This document shows positions 63,296 to 64,000 of a stretch of 64,000 nt of DNA, one piece after another; position 1 is the first letter of the stretch; each line of letters opens with the position of its first letter. The DNA is from Felis catus (taxonomy: Eukaryota), in contig NC_058368.1 in NCBI RefSeq assembly GCF_018350175.1, forward strand, positions 55,616,001-55,680,000. The letters run 5' to 3'. Made by a program: the position numbers and the translations under genes. The notes beneath the pieces are model-generated. The model worked only from the letters and a program-made list of their open reading frames with translations. It made no database searches and had not been told where the DNA came from.

Positions 63296-63884
63296 AAAGG
63301 ATGAAGCTAATCATCTTCAGTAATAAATATGACCAGTACTGATATCTTATATAAGTTTTGATGTGGAAACAACAATGCCTCAATAACATTTCATTTGTTT
63401 CCATCACCATAGCAGTACTGTGAACATAAACATTTTTGTCATTTCTTAATTAAATGTAGACACACAAATACACACCCCTCAGTATTTGCAACACACACCA
63501 GTATATATCACATTTCCTTAACAATTTTTAATACTTTTTCCTCAGTTTTTATTAGTGATTTGATGTAACAAATACATTTTAGATAGTACATTTTAATAAT
63601 ATGTTCATTTTACAATATAATAATGTTATAACATATATTTAAAGCATATACATATATATAAGCATGAAGTTTATGAAAGTATAAAATGCAGTGAAAAACA
63701 TAATTTACTTGGTAAATTTACCAAGTGAAAAGTTTGCCCCGAAAAAAGTGAAAATAAAATATTTCACTTGTTTTAAGGACTGAATCTAAATATCAAAATA
63801 AAGTAAAATTTATGTATATGTTAAGTCATCAAGAATATGTACTATTGTGTTCTTATGATTTTTTAAATTTTACTCTTAAAAAAA

Positions 63885-64000
63885 TCTTATTTATTTTAAG
63901 TTATATTTTATTTTATTTTATTTTAATTTTTTAAAACGTATGTTTTTCTGTTTTTTTCTATTTTAAGTTGTTATTTAAATTCCAATTAGTTAACATATAC
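63885..64000 (-). mobile_element. A-rich tail and 3' terminus of an L1 running out of the window
   Basis: T-rich tract followed by tatttaaattccaattagttaacata. Confidence 0.7.

Larger units (their letters stand above)
283..63417 (-). pseudogene. Putative decayed multi-exon gene (unitary pseudogene) spanning the window; product unidentified, probably extends beyond both ends
   Basis: More than 20 minus-strand segments in non-repeat DNA with AG acceptors and GT donors, frames with few stops, and compatible phases between many neighbours; disabled by in-frame stops, frameshifts, some mutated splice sites and TE insertions. Hand translation only. Confidence 0.6.
62988..63417 (-). pseudogene. Candidate pseudo-exon interrupted by an L1 tail and a (GATA)n tract: YCYGDGNK*NVIEALLFPHQNLYKISVLVIFITEDD*LHPFKSPLLSVISSTGSTY*NVNMYPAAKQSFF...
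   Basis: gttcacag| acceptor; frame is continuous once 63238-63295 and one TSD copy are removed; donor uncertain. Confidence 0.45.

Noticed and set aside
1..64000. CRISPR arrays, operons or other prokaryotic systems
   Set aside because: The sequence is mammalian; there are no regularly spaced repeats or dense coding regions.

Overview
AT-rich mammalian nuclear DNA, most likely felid (the youngest SINEs are of the cat SINEC_Fc type and the young LINE-1s are carnivore-type). I find no intact protein-coding gene; nearly all long ORFs in the track are LINE-1 ORF1/ORF2 fragments or read-throughs of SINEs and L1 UTRs. Repeats: a full-length degenerate L1 (2308-8394, minus); a nested L1 complex (24376-35127) in which a 5'-inverted older L1 hosts a full-length L1 carrying a second upstream 5'UTR; two more 5'-inverted L1s; 23 Can-SINEs; MaLR/ERV LTRs; MER5A; old L1M/L2/MIR fragments; microsatellites. 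The main non-obvious signal lies in the non-repeat DNA: more than 20 minus-strand AG...GT-bounded segments spread over the whole window. They are stop-poor in one frame, and their intron phases often chain from one to the next. I read them as the fossil of a large multi-exon gene (unitary pseudogene) that I cannot name. This was read by hand without alignment and needs a homology search to confirm. Coordinates of old repeats are approximate and repeat subfamily names come from recalled consensus similarity.
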